Shown here: positions 29,079-43,581 of the stretch, in pieces
How positions within the stretch are numbered: position 1 is the first letter of the stretch
Layout of the letters: each line of letters begins with the position of its first letter
Notes under the pieces: model-generated
What the model was told of the DNA's origin: nothing
Database searches by the model: none
Seen by the model: only the letters and a program-made list of their open reading frames with translations
Source: Octopus vulgaris
Taxonomy: Eukaryota
Reading direction: 5' to 3'
Length of the DNA: 64,000 nucleotides
Assembly (NCBI GenBank): GCA_951406725.2
Contig: OX597820.1
Span: 49,724,001 to 49,788,000 of the forward strand
Made by a program: the position numbers and the translations under genes

Positions 29079-30673
29079 TTATATTATTATTGTTGTTGTT
29101 GTTTGTTGTTGATGGTGATGTTGATGATGATTTACCGAGTAATCAATTGAATTGACAGTATACTTTCAGTCATCCATTCGGCTGTTTTACTTCAGAGTTT
29201 ACAGGTTTATCTGTGATCGATCTCTGCCTCATTCGTTACTTGAAAACGAAATATACATACACGTTGCTTCGCGTTCTTAACAGTGTCCGCGGAAGGAAGG
29301 AACTTGAGAATGACAAGAATTACATATATGAAACGCAGAAGCAAAATGCTGATGGATCTAAGACTTACTGGAGTTGTGAAATTAATTCCTCTAAAGCACG
29401 AGTCCACACCATGCACACCATGACACGCGATAAAGATTATACCGTAATTAAGCACATTGGAGAACATCATCATAGTCCATGTGCTTCAAAATCCAAAGTA
29501 CGCAAATCTTTCCCGGAACGAAAAGCATAAGCAGCTGCTTCCCAGGAATCTTCTCGTTCATTAACTGCGACTGCTTGAGAAAAGTTCATGCCATCCTCTT
29601 CGTGTTTAAGTCGCAATATAAGGAACTGATGTCAAGCAAAAGTAAGTGCCCCTCCAATCTCTCAGAGTCAATTCGCATATGAGTTACCCAATGAATACAA
29701 GTTCCTTGATAAAGGCGAATTTTTCTTGCAGTTTGATAGTGGTGAAACTGGTGTAGACAGATTACTCGTGTTTGCAAATGATAAAGGGTTTAATGGCTTA
29801 ATGAATGTAAAACACTGGGCAGATAATGGAACTCTTAAGCGATCCCCAACTATATTTTATCAGTTGTACACGCTTCATACTCATGTGGGTTCATTCAGTG
29901 TTACACCCTCGTTTTTAATAAGCTTAATTAATTACGTCAAGTACTGAGCCCTGAAAACGTTACGATGGATTTTGAAAAAAACTCACGTTAACAGCATTTT
30001 ATCTGTGTTTCGTAGTACTTCCATCTCGTGTTCTCTTTTTCACCTATCTCAAAATGTGTACAGAAAACTATGTTACTTTGGCTTTAAATTTTACGGGTAT
30101 AATCAGATGTTTTTCAGCGTTGGCTTTGAATTATTGTACATAGGATGTAAGGTAGAGGAATTAGACAACGACAGACTTCTCCTTTGTTTCCCATTGATAG
30201 TTGGAATGTTCGCTTTAGAAGAGAATCGGATATGCCTCGTACTAATAACCATTTAGAGGGATATCGCAACGCACTACAAAATTCTATAACATGCAAACTA
30301 GGGAATCTATGGAAATTAATTATTGCATTGAAAAGGAAAAAAAACCCACTTAGTACAACTGAGAAAAGTTGAACTTGATCGAGGTGCAATCTACGAGACC
30401 CCCAGCAAAAAAGAAAGAAAGAAAAAAGATGTATAAAAATATGAAAATATAAGCAAACGGCTGCAGATAATTATTGAGCGATATAGTCCCCAAAATAAGA
30501 CGGATTTTTTATGAATAATAGTTCATAACGTTCATCATTAATGAAGCTTTTAGTAAAAGTTTGTTATACTGTACTTTTTAACTTATCTTTATTCAATGTT
30601 TTCTGTTTTTTGTAAAATTGAGTGTGAAATTACCAGGAGCCAAATTACCAGCTACCGCATGTATGTATATATT

Positions 30674-30707
<34 letters not shown>

Positions 30708-31568
30708 TGTATGTATGTATGTATGTATGTATGTATGTATGCATGTATGTGCGCGCGTGTGTATGTATGTGTGTGAGATTGTATGTATGTATGTATGTAT
30801 GTACGCTGCATGCTCTGGCTTACTGCAGCCAAGAAATGTAAAACAATGAAAAATTCGACAATAGAATGAAGTAATGTGTCAGCGTAGGTGGTAATATCCT
30901 TGAACACCTGCTGCAAGAGACGCCCATCGTTACTTCCTTCGTGCTGCTCATGTTTACGAAAACAATCAAGCGATGTCATTGCTCGAAATCTAGCTGCAGC
31001 CATCATGTATATGCATATGTATACACACATGTGTGAATGTGTGCGAAAGCTTCTATACATACATGCTCATACTCGTAGAAATATATAAAGAAACGAGTAG
31101 GACTATTTTGTAATATTCTACGCATGCCCTCTTGCTTGTTGAATAGCAGACTACTGCTTTTTGTTTCCTTGACTGAAACAGGTGTTTGCTGTGGTAATTT
31201 CCATTGTTATAAGAATCCTTTTAAAATCTGCTTACATTGTATTCGTTATTGGACAGAATATCATACAAGTCTTAATCCTAGATTTCACGTGAATATGATA
31301 ATTAACTTTTGAATCAAGAATTAAATTTAAACATAGAATATTAGCTACCACAACGCGTTTATATTTGTTGTAGTTTTAATAACATTGTTTAATTAACTTG
31401 AGTATTATTTGCAGGTTGACTATTTGAATAAAAAGGATACTTTAAACAATGACATTTGATTTCTGTAATTCTTAAGAGCTATATATTGCGATAATGGCGT
31501 CGGTTGGTGTGCTGCAAAGCAACTAGAACTATCGTCTTACCTAACACTTGGCTTTGAAGAACATATAT

Positions 31569-31781
31569 AGGAGGAAGTGCTGAAAAGTTCCTGGCCTTAA
31601 GGTTGGCACGAAAGGTGTGATTGAAGTCCCAAACTCCGGAGTTTTTTACGGGTTAAGAAAAACTGAAGAACCGCTGCAATAAATGTGTGAATCTGAGAGG
31701 GGAATTAGTTAGATAAAATTATAACTGACCCTCTTGTGTTTTCTTTTACCTAAAGCTATGAACTTTTCAGCTTCCCCCTCG
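31569..31781. mobile_element. mariner-type MITE
   Basis: Imperfect TIRs GAGGAAGTGCTGAAAAGTTCCTGGC / GCTATGAACTTTTCAGCTTCCCCCTCG, with TA at both flanks. Confidence 0.65.
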
Positions 31782-31982
31782 TATATCCTCTTTCTCGTTC
31801 GATAGAAGTTACAACGTTTCACACATCACCAAGAGATTTATTTTTTTATTGCTAATAAAACAATTAAAGTAACCTCTCTGTGAGACAACTCACCAGTTTT
31901 TGAGGAGGAGATAGGTTTCTTCTATGTTTCTTTATCTCATTCGAAGAAAGTAGCTTCTCAAATGGAGAACCTTGTGGATCTC

Positions 31983-32251
31983 GGTACTACTTAAGAAGAG
32001 TGGTTCCGGTGCGCGCACTCGCTTACTCGCGCATCCGCGCTAGCTAATCGTGACTAGTCGATCCTTACTTTGTGTTTTTGTTTTATTTACTTTGTTTAAA
32101 AAATTATTTACTTTGTGTAAAAAATTTATTTATTTTGTGTTTTATTTACTTTGCTAGGTAGTCGTTGTAGGATCAACTAGTCACGACTAGCTAGCACGGA
32201 TGCGCGAGTACGCGAGTGTGCGCACCGGGACCACTCTTCTTAAGTAGTACC
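31983..32251. mobile_element. 269-bp MITE with ~85-bp TIRs and a 9-bp TSD (Merlin-like)
   Basis: Termini GGTACTACTTAAGAAGAGTGG / CCACTCTTCTTAAGTAGTACC. Identical GTGGATCTC at 31974-31982 and 32252-32260. Confidence 0.88.
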
Positions 32252-33623
32252 GTGGATCTCTTTCTTGAGTATGGGGTAGATATTCTACACGTTTCAATTG
32301 TTTCACTGTTGAGAATTACCGGAAACAAGAAACCCGTCCTTTAGTTTTACTCATTAAAACATCAAAAATCCTCGGAGTCAAGTGAAAACACATATGTTTA
32401 TGGCAACAACAATAACAACAACACCACCACCAACAAATATAATAAACATTTGTAACATAGGCAAACGACCATAAATTTGTGGATCGGGGTAGAATATTGT
32501 CGTATAGATCAACATTATTACTCCACTGGAATGTATTTTATGGATTTCGCAAGGAGGAAATGGAAAGATCTCAGGAAAACAGCCATAAAAATGTCATAAA
32601 AAAAAACTCAAAGACGCTCTTGAAAGGTTCTTAGTTAAACATAACGGGGGAAAATTCACTACTTAAAGATTTAACAAGGCATTCTGTTATTTTTAAAATT
32701 CCTTGGCGCTTTCATTTGAGTTAACAGCTTAAGTACGCTGTTTGTTATTTTTCCTTCGTAGTAAGCATAAAATAAACATTTTTTTTATATGCTTTAAAGT
32801 ATATGTCAGTTTTTAAATTCATATGTTAACATCACTACAATTTTTTAATGTAAATAAAAACACGGCTACATGCCATCTTCTGTCAGTAACTAATTTCGAA
32901 ATGTTATAGATGAAAGCATCATACAGACAGAAAGCTTGACATGAAAAGATTCGGCTATTTTAATCCTATTCTTTAAGACTGTGATTAAAATAGCTGTCAG
33001 TTTTGATGGCAAGCTTTTGTTAATATTAATAATACGTGTTCGCAAGTAACATTTTATACATTGAGAATCTATTATCAATATTTTAGAACCATATTTTTCA
33101 GGAATTCTACGATTCTATTTTCACTGGGCACAAATCATTACGATAGGAGTATAATCGATAATTTCCTAAGCAGCGGTATATTAAAAGTATTTATATAATT
33201 TATTCATACAGGCATAGCAATTGGCTTCATAACCGAGGGCGATTAAATACTGCAATTCTCCAGTTCCATATGTATTCTGCCAGACTAACCTACTTTATGA
33301 ATTTATAAATATTTTATAGATATTTTTTAAATTCTAGTTTCATGGATAAACTTAATAATTTCGCCACATGATTTAGATTTCATTCTATCATTAAGATAGT
33401 TGTTAGGGTTATTTTATAGCATAGCATCTAAATTTGATTCCTTATGAAACGATTTTGATTATATCTTCGGTTTAGTTCAAAAGTTAAGCTACTTTAAAGC
33501 ACAACATTGAAACCTATGTCTTAAAAATATGAAAATGTTGTGAATTTCTATCGTTCACGAATGAAAACGTTTCATGCGTGAGGTATCGTGGCGATAGCAG
33601 GTATGGCATTATTTATCATATCG

Positions 33624-34528
33624 AAGGCGGCGAGCTGGCAGAAACGTTAGCACGCCGGGCGAAATGCGTAGCCGTATTTCGTCTGTCGTTACGTTCTGAG
33701 TTCAAATTCCGTCGAGGTCGACTTTGTCGTTCATCTTTTGGGGTCGATAAATTAAGTACCAGTTACGCACTGGGGTCGATATAATCGATTAATCAGTTTG
33801 TCTGTCCTTGTTTGTCCCCTTTGTGTTTAGCCCCTTGTGGGTAGTAAAGAAATAGGTATTTCGCATGTTCTGAGTTCAAATTCCGCCGAGGTCGACTTTG
33901 CCTTTCATCATTTTGGGGTCGATAAATTAAGTACCAGTTACGCACTGGGGTTGATATAATCGACTTAATCCGTTTAACTGTCCTTGTTTGTCCCCTCTGT
34001 GTCTAGCCCCTTGTGGGTAGTAAAGAAATAGGTATTTCGTCTGCCGCTACGTTCTGAGTTCAAATTTCGCCAATGTCGACTTTGCCTTTGATCCTTTCGG
34101 GGTCGAAATATTCAGTACCAGTGACGCACTGGGGTGAAGTAATCGACTTCATCTCTTTGTCTGTCCCCTCTATGTTAAACCCCTTGTGGGCAAGAAATAA
34201 GTAAGAAACGTTAGCACGCTGGGCGAAATACTTAGTGGTATTTCACCTGTCTTTGTGTTTTGAGTTCAAATTCCGCCGATGTCGACTTTACCTTTCATCT
34301 TTTCGGGGTCGATAAATTAAGTACCAGTTGCATCCTGGTGTCGATCTAATCGACTAGTCCTTTCCCCCCAAAGTTCAGGCCTTGTGCCAAAAGTAGAAAT
34401 TATTATTTATCATATCGCAAGGCAATTCGGGGTCGATGGAAAGTGTACTATTCATGCACTGAGGTCGATGTAATCGACCATCCCTTCCCCCAAAAAATTT
34501 CAGGCCTTGTGCCTATCATAGAAAAGAT
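33624..34528 (+). mobile_element. Tandem array of SINE family B units
   Basis: Head AGGCGGCGAGCTGGCAGAAACGTTAGC. Repeated GTTCTGAGTTCAAATT..GTCGACTTTGCC..AAGTACCAG units (about five). Confidence 0.85.
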
Positions 34529-35026
34529 TATTTATCATATCGAACAAAAATGCTAACCGTCATTCCTTCCAGCTCTTAACGTTCTAAGTTCAAATCTTAC
34601 CGAAGACAACTTTGACACTCATCTTTACGTCAACCTCATAAATATTTCTTCAAATATCACTTAAAAAGAAAGGTGAGAGTAGGGTGGAAAGTGCTGCCTT
34701 CTAGCGTGATTATCGAAAGATGGATCAGTGACAAGAATGGTGAGGCTAAATGGATCTACTCTTAGTATTCTTCTTTAGGCTTGAGGATGGCAGAGTCATC
34801 TGGTATATTTTGTGTGGGGTTTTCTCATAATTACTTTAAGTGGACTATGCCGCAATTATGGATTGTATTTATTAATTATTTACTTTTCTAATTTCTATAT
34901 TATATCCTTTTGCTATACCGTTACTGTTATACTATATTCACTACGGCCTCTAGGAGTAAAGTTGAAAAAGTGTGAAACACTGGCATTCACATTTATTATA
35001 TTATATTATGATATGATATTATTTTT

Positions 35027-35232
35027 AAGGCGGCGAACCGGCAGAATCGTTAGCACGCCGGGAGAAATACTTGGCGGTATTTCGTCTACCGTCGGGTTTT
35101 GAGTTCGAATTCTGCCGTGGTCGACTTTGCCTTTCATCCTTACAGGGTCTATAGAATTAGCACTAGTTACATACTGGGGACTTAATCTCTTTCCCCCTAA
35201 ATTTGAGGCTTTGTTCTTCCAGTAGAAAGAAT
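35027..35232 (+). mobile_element. SINE family B copy
   Basis: Same head and body as 57315-57547. Confidence 0.8.
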
Positions 35233-35852
35233 TTAATAAATTTGAAAAAGAGTGACGCACTGAAATTCATATTTATCATACTAGATATGTTTAATTTTGG
35301 GGAAACCATATTTCATATAAAGTGTATTTTATATATATATTCATGTGTGTGTGTATATCTATATGTATTTATTAAAGAAAGCAAAAAATGATAGTGTTCA
35401 GTATGTTGGCGACAGTAATTTCTGTCAAAGGGACATGGTTAAACAAAGCTGTACATCATCTCTCACTTTCTCTTTTTTATTATTACTCCCACTGCTACTA
35501 TCAACACTACTTCTACTTTTAATAAAAGATCACCATCTCTCCCTAAATTTTTTTGTCTCTCTTTCTCTCCCTCTCTTTTTTCTCTCAGTCTTAACCATCA
35601 GCATCACCATCTCCAAGCCTACTATTACTCTCACCCCATTATGAGGAATAGTAGGAGTGTCCTTGACGAGTGAGAGAGCGGGGTTCTAAGTGTGACACAC
35701 TGACACACAGAAATTATTTTTCGTATTTATTATTTTAGATGTATGTATATATGCATGTATGTATGTTCGTATATGCTTATATATTTGTATATGTGCGTGT
35801 GTGTGCATGTTTATGTATGTATATATGTGTATATATATGTATGTATATATGC

Positions 35853-35889
<37 letters not shown>

Positions 35890-37189
35890 CATACACGTAC
35901 ATACATATATACGAATATATACAGTTATATATATGTTTATATACATTTGTATGAATATGTATAAACGTATACATATACATACATATATGTGTGTGTGAGT
36001 GTATGAATATATAGACAGGAACACACACGCACGCACATGCACACACATACGCACGCACACGCGCACACACGCACAAATACACATAGTAAATGCTCGCGTG
36101 TATATATCTAGAAACACAGCAGTATCGAGTGACATCTCTACGTCTATGCTCATATGTTTAATGGTAAAAATGCGTGTACACACGATAATGAAAAGAGATC
36201 TCATGGACATCAATAACATTGACTGCTACCTAAAACTTCTGTTAGAAATAGCAGCTGAATCTTTCTGAAATCAACACATAAACTTAAAACAAGAAAAAGG
36301 ATTCTATATGGAAACGTGAGTTTTTAGAAAAAGATGTTCTTTTTTTTTTTGTTTTGTATATCACGCTATATTCTCGAAAAATGAAGGATGCGTTTGAGAA
36401 TGTAGTTTTAGACACTCTAAAACAAGTGATTGTTATGAGTGATAAGCCCTCGTTCATAGTTCCTAGTTCATCAAGTTTGACAGTTGACTAAAGAATAATA
36501 ATATCAACATAAATGCTCTTAAAAATAGCAACTACTGGGTTCATATGTGTTTTCAAATATGGGAGCAGTTTCACATATTCAAAAGAGTCTGTTGAGAAGA
36601 CTTCGTGCATTTTATAGAGACTCTTCGTGCAAGTTGTAGAAAAATCAACCGCGTAGGACTGCTTAAAAAAGAAGACAGCATTGAAAACTGATTGGTTTGA
36701 ATTTCTAGAAATTATAGGGGAATAGAGAGTAGGAGTAGGCCTAGTCGTTAAAACTAACCAATGAAAAAAAACGGATATGTTTCGGTATTATTAGACCACT
36801 TAAGGGAAACAAGTATTTTACACGGTTGTAAATAGAAGGAATATGGGATCTGATCAGGAATGCCAACAATAATACATCACAATTAAAGGTATCACAATTA
36901 AAGAACAATGAATTTAAATATCGATAAACTATATATAAGCATTCTTATAAGCAAGTATTACTTGGTTGCATACACAAAGTTTTCGCTCCTATGAAGTCAC
37001 GAGCAGATATAGAAAATCTATTGTCATTTTCATGTTCGACGCAGTTGATCATCTTGGGTCTGGAAGGTAGAAAATGAGAATGCTGCACTGGCACCTAGTT
37101 TGTATTCGGTTGGAAAGAATGTCCTGTCGCATTTCACGATGGAACAGAAACGAATGCTTCTTTTACTTTTAGCTTATATATCTAACAAA

Positions 37190-37830
37190 GATAATATTTC
37201 CCCTCATTATTTATAAGATAATACTATCTATCTAGCAAGTTGTTTATCCTTTCGGCGTAATATTCGTCAGGTCTCAAAGCAAACAGGTGATTAATATATT
37301 TTTTAACCTTTTCAAAATGAATAAAATATCGTCTATCTAAAAAATATTGCAATAACCTGAAAAGATGATAGTCAGAAGCAGTAAGGTCAGGAAAGTTAAG
37401 TGAATGAAGCAAAACTTCCATATTTAGTGCCATAATCTATTCCTGAGTGACATGGTCAATAGGTAGTCTTGCATCACCTTTTTACGATTGGCCATTGATG
37501 GCCGTTTCTTCCTGCTAAATTTTTGCAATACTTCAGTTCATTAACAGTTTCGATTTGGTTTAACACGTCATGAAGGACGACATCCTTCATATCCCACTAA
37601 ACACAGAGCATAACTATTTTGTGTGTAATTCTGGTTCTAGGAAGAACTCTCCTTTTACATTAGGTGCTGATATGGTTATAGAAAATCCACTTTTCATCGT
37701 TTTTGATGCTTCTATCCAGGGAAGTTTCGGAAGAAAGTATACGTTTCAATGATGAACATAAAGCAACACTTGTATTAAGCAGAGCAGTCAGATAAAGAGA
37801 AACCCAAAGAGCAATTTCACACGCTTTTCC
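37190..37830 (-). mobile_element. Degenerate mariner transposase remnant
   Basis: ORF 37224-37433 reads LHSLNFPDLTASDYHLFRLLQ..RPDEYYAERINNLLDR, matching the YSPDLAPSD..LF and C-terminal mariner pattern. Confidence 0.7.
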
Positions 37831-38138
37831 TAATACATGGAAGTGCTTTATGATAGAAGTATAACTTGAACCGTTTTGTTGCTTTTCTCGCAGTTTGCTT
37901 TATATCTTTTATTCCAAATCAGTTTGCAGAATCTCGACAATAAAGATCTTTGTTGTGCAGATACAATGAAATCTGCGAATGAAAAATTCACAGAGCGTAG
38001 GAGTGGCTGTGTGGTAAATAACTTGCTTACGAACCACATGGTTCCAGGTTCAGTGCCACTGCGTGGCATCTTGGGCAAGTGTCTTATACTATAGCCTCGG
38101 GTCGACCAAAGCCTTGTGAGTGAAAGAAGCCCGTCGTA

Positions 38139-38222
<84 letters not shown>

Positions 38223-38288
38223 GGTCCCGGGTTGATTCGGGGTTAACCACAGTAAATAAGGTACTCAATACATAGCAGAGTAAAATTA

Positions 38289-38414
38289 ATTTATTATATA
38301 GAAGGAGTTTCTACAGGACTAGAACTGTTTCATTCAAGAGAAATCTTCAGGAAGCTTCCTGAAGATTTCTCTTGAATGAAACAGTTCTAGTCCTGTAGAA
38401 GCTCCTTCTATATA

Positions 38415-38420
<6 letters not shown>
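38289..38420. ncRNA. 132-bp loopless palindrome encoding a type I hammerhead motif on each strand
   Basis: Symmetric about 38354/38355 with one mismatch. The plus strand reads AGCTTC-CTGAAGA-T-TTC(TCTT)GAA-T-GAA-ACAG(TTCTAGTC)CTGT-A|GAAGCT. Confidence 0.75.
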
Positions 38421-38450
<30 letters not shown>

Positions 38451-38457
<7 letters not shown>

Positions 38458-39407
38458 AAAATAGTAAAGAGTGAAAAAACGACAGAAGGCTTAAATGTTA
38501 AAAAATATATATATTTGCGTCAAAATGTCTGGAGAATATTGGAAAATTTTTTTTTATTTTTTTTTTCCTTTCCTTAAAATGACATAATTTTATACTTTTT
38601 AAAGAAATACCGGTTTCGCAGTTAGCTCTTCAAATTTCTTGTGACTTAATGTTTATTTTTAATAACGTAATCCTTGTATTTTTGCTAGGGAGAGTTCTAA
38701 ATAAGGGAAAGTAGTGAGTGATTTCTTTCGGTGTAAGGGAGATAATCGCTTAAAAATTTTTTTCCTTTAGTGTGAATTTCTCTGTATTATTGAGTTCGGA
38801 TAGTTGAGTCTGGGTTTGTACTTTTCAATGAAGAATGTTTCCTTATTTAGTCTAATTTGTGATGATGATCCGAAAGCACATTGGTAAAATGGAAAGATTA
38901 AAAATTGTGGTTGTAGTTTTTAATCTTTCCATTTTACCAATGTGCTTTCGGATCATCATCACAAATTAGACTAAATAAGGAAACATTCTTCATTGAAAAG
39001 TACAAACCCAGACTCAACTATCCGAACTCAATAATACAGAGAAATTCACACTAAAGGAAATAAATTTTTTTAAGCGATTATCTCCCTTACACCGGAAGAA
39101 ATCACTCACTACTTTCCCTTATTTAGAACTCTCCGTAGCAAAAATACAAGGATTACGTTATTAAAAATAAACATTAAGTCACAAGAAATTTGAAGAGCTA
39201 ACTGCGAAACCGGTATTTCTTTAAAAAGTATAAAATTATGTCATTTTAAGGAAAGGAAAAAAAAAAAAAAAAAAAAAAAAATTTTTTTCCAATATTCTCC
39301 AGACATTTTGACGCAAATATATATATTTTTTAACATTTAAGCCTTCTGTCGTTTTTTCACTCTTTACTATTTTCTTATATATTCACCCACGTGCTTTACC
39401 AAACTTT

Positions 39408-39410
<3 letters not shown>
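38451..39410 (+). mobile_element. Fold-back Penelope-like element 3' end (~455-bp inverted arms)
   Basis: Arms 38451-38904 and 38917-39381 with a 12-nt loop. The right arm reads FLIFPFYQC..IRLNKETFFIEKYKPRLN (resembles a GIY-YIG C-terminus), followed by an HHR-like motif at 39183-39221. Confidence 0.75.
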
Positions 39411-39444
<34 letters not shown>

Positions 39445-39657
39445 TATGTATGTGTGCGTATATGTTTGTGTGTCTGTGTTTGTCCCCCCAACTTCTCTTG
39501 ACAACTGATGCTTCTGTGTTTCTGTCCCCGTAACTTAGCGGTTCGGTAAAAGAGACCAATAGAATAAGTACTAGGCTTACAAAGAATAAGTCCTGAGGTC
39601 GATTTGCTCGACTAAAGGCGGTGCTTCAGCATGACCACAGTCAAATGACTGAAACAA

Positions 39658-39729
<72 letters not shown>

Positions 39730-39865
39730 AACTGAACAAACGATCGTTGGCATGTCTTTGGAATTCATAGAGCATGCAGTGTCTGATATCGGTTTCATCT
39801 AAATTCATTTTAAAGGTGTAAAATCGATACGAATTTAACCACTGGTATAATGTAATCAACAAATT

Positions 39866-39901
<36 letters not shown>

Positions 39902-40195
39902 CTAAAGCATTACAATATAAAAATCAGTACTTATTTTTCCTAAGTATTGGTAGAGTACCTCCAAACGGATCATGTAGAAAGTGCTACAAGACTTTCTTTC
40001 CAGTATAATAATTACTTGAGCTAAGTAGGCAGGTGCAATTTGAAATGAAATGCCTTCTTCAAAGACATACTGCACTGGTTCATCCAGGAATAGAGCCAAT
40101 TTATCTTATGATTGTTAGACCAACATCCTTAACTACCAAGTCGCGCTTCTTCACATAGAAATATAACTTTTCATAACACAAGAGAATGAAAGGAC

Positions 40196-41135
<940 letters not shown>

Positions 41136-42129
41136 TAATGGCAGTGGCGCCGGCTGTGATGATGCAAACGAAAATGTACCTTTGATTTTAAAATTTCTCT
41201 CTAACTTAATTTCTTTAAATATACTCAGGCAAAAATGCTGATTTTTATTTTAAAGAATTAGTAGATGATTATGAGACTTTACTTGCAAGTAACAAGTAAC
41301 AATCGCGTTAACCGGTGAATTTATACACACAAATAAAAACGCACACGCACATGCGAACATGCAAACGCAAGTTCACAGAGGAAGAGAGAGAGCGATAGAG
41401 AGAAAGAGAAAGAGGGAGGGAGAGAGAGAGAGTGAAATAGAGAGAGGAGAGACTGGGGAGAGAAAGAGAAAGAAAGAGAAGGAGAAAGAGAGAGAGAGAG
41501 AAATGTGTGAAATATTTCACAAACAGCGAGAATATTTCTATGTAATTGCTTAAATCAAACTCAATGAAATAGACAGAATTCGGATTTTATATCGAAAATA
41601 CGTAGTTTATGTTTGTGTACTAGCACACACATACATATATACATACTAACACACACATAAACTCACACAAATACACACAGAGACACACACACAAACGCAA
41701 ATACACACACACAAAGACATACACACACACGTGGTAGATGGAAAATATGCAGTAAAATTAATTTAAATATTGGACAAATTTCCCTGGACACGGATCCATA
41801 TTTCTAGCGGAAATATACATGTTAAGTTTTACATAGAATCATACCTTCATCAGCAGCTAAAAAAATGACCAGTATTGGAGCGATATAAAATTTTAAAGGC
41901 ACTGGCCTGTATGAAATTAATATTGTTCTGTATGCATTGCCTATACATTTAAATGTGTATTCTCTTTATAGCTATTAAATTTTCATTGCTAAAACGAATA
42001 TTGTGTCAACGTCCTTGAAAATTTGATTATCACTGCTTTATTTTGAAAGGTGATCTCTTAAAAAATTTAAGGAGCTTACACATTCAGAAATAGTATTAAG
42101 TTGTCCCGATGTTTCGTCATGTTTCAAGG

Positions 42130-42310
42130 CAGTTTAATTACAATAAGATCCATTGGTGATCTAGTCCCCTCTGTTGACCAAGAGTGAGCTCTTGCTTTGA
42201 AAGGAATTTATTGAAAGTAATATCGTTACCTTCGACATCAGCGAAGAGTTTTTACCGTGTCTGGCATGAGGACCTTATATCGAAACTCCCAGCTTATGAA
42301 CTGTTCAAAC
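42130..42310 (+). pseudogene. Small degenerate LINE RT fragment (APE-type, Jockey/CR1-like)
   Basis: Across a frameshift it reads RSIGDL..FDIS..F.RVWHEDLISKLPAY, similar to DISKAFDRVWH..L..KL. Confidence 0.45.
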
Positions 42311-43164
42311 CTCCTTTCCAGGATCGTTAACTTCAAATTATAACCACATTGTATGAAAAGGCTGGCTCTGTAAATCTTTGGTAAAATACATCTTTCAAAT
42401 AGTCTACATCTACTCAATTTATGGATTGACGCAAGGTCATAGAAAATGACACGTGACCGAGATGTCATACAGTAGGATCGAATCCAGAATATGAGAATTA
42501 CGAAACGCTTTTAAACATTCGGCTATATTACTCCAGCATAGAAGTGTATGCATGTGTGTATTTTGTACCTACATACACACAGACAAACACACGCACACAA
42601 ACTCACACACGCACACATACACACACAAAGAAACATATTAAGCCATAAAGACGAAGTTATCTATTCGTAAATGTATAATCGTTAAACATGATATCTTCCC
42701 AAGCGCACTAAAATCTATATCATTTCTCGTAACCCTTGACAATAATTAAACATGGAAGCATACATATGAATACCACAAAACAACGAGGGCAATAATAATT
42801 ATATCAATAATGACATCAACAATATTCTTCTGAAATATGATAATTTCATGGATGCCAGGATGCCACACTAACATCAGCTAAAGCAAATGTGTGATTTGAT
42901 GCTATTTTTCAGCTCAAATAATTGAATTTGCTACAATCAGATACTGAAACTGGATCAGCGATATCTGGGGTCATATTAATACTGGTGTTAATGTTTTAAT
43001 GTCGCTGATAATAATGTTGTTTAGTCCCACGTCAGACATAACTGAGAAAACCTATGATCAACTGCATATCAATTGTGAGCATCTCTTTATTTCTCCTGTA
43101 TGCAGTAAATGAAGTAACAAATGACTAAATGCGACTGTTTCTTAGACAGTGGAACATGACTCGA

Positions 43165-43581
<417 letters not shown>

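Larger units (their letters stand above)
27905..30657 (+). mobile_element. Degenerate Mutator-like (MULE) transposon interrupted by retroposon insertions
   Basis: Remnants: FLYWCH-like segment (KTYWSCE..KARVHT..HHH), FLQFDSG..RLLVFA..HWADNGTLK..FYQLYTLH, CSLFHLSQNVYRK, WNV..PRTNNHLEG. The ends carry inverted ~15-bp subterminal repeats (GGTAATTTGAC.. at 27910-27990 vs ..CCAAATTACC at 30628-30650). Confidence 0.75.
37997..39665 (+). mobile_element. SINE family A copy split by insertions into its internal (TA)n
   Basis: The 5' half (37997-38136) and 3' half (39460-39665) match consecutive parts of the 12305-12703 copy. Confidence 0.8.
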
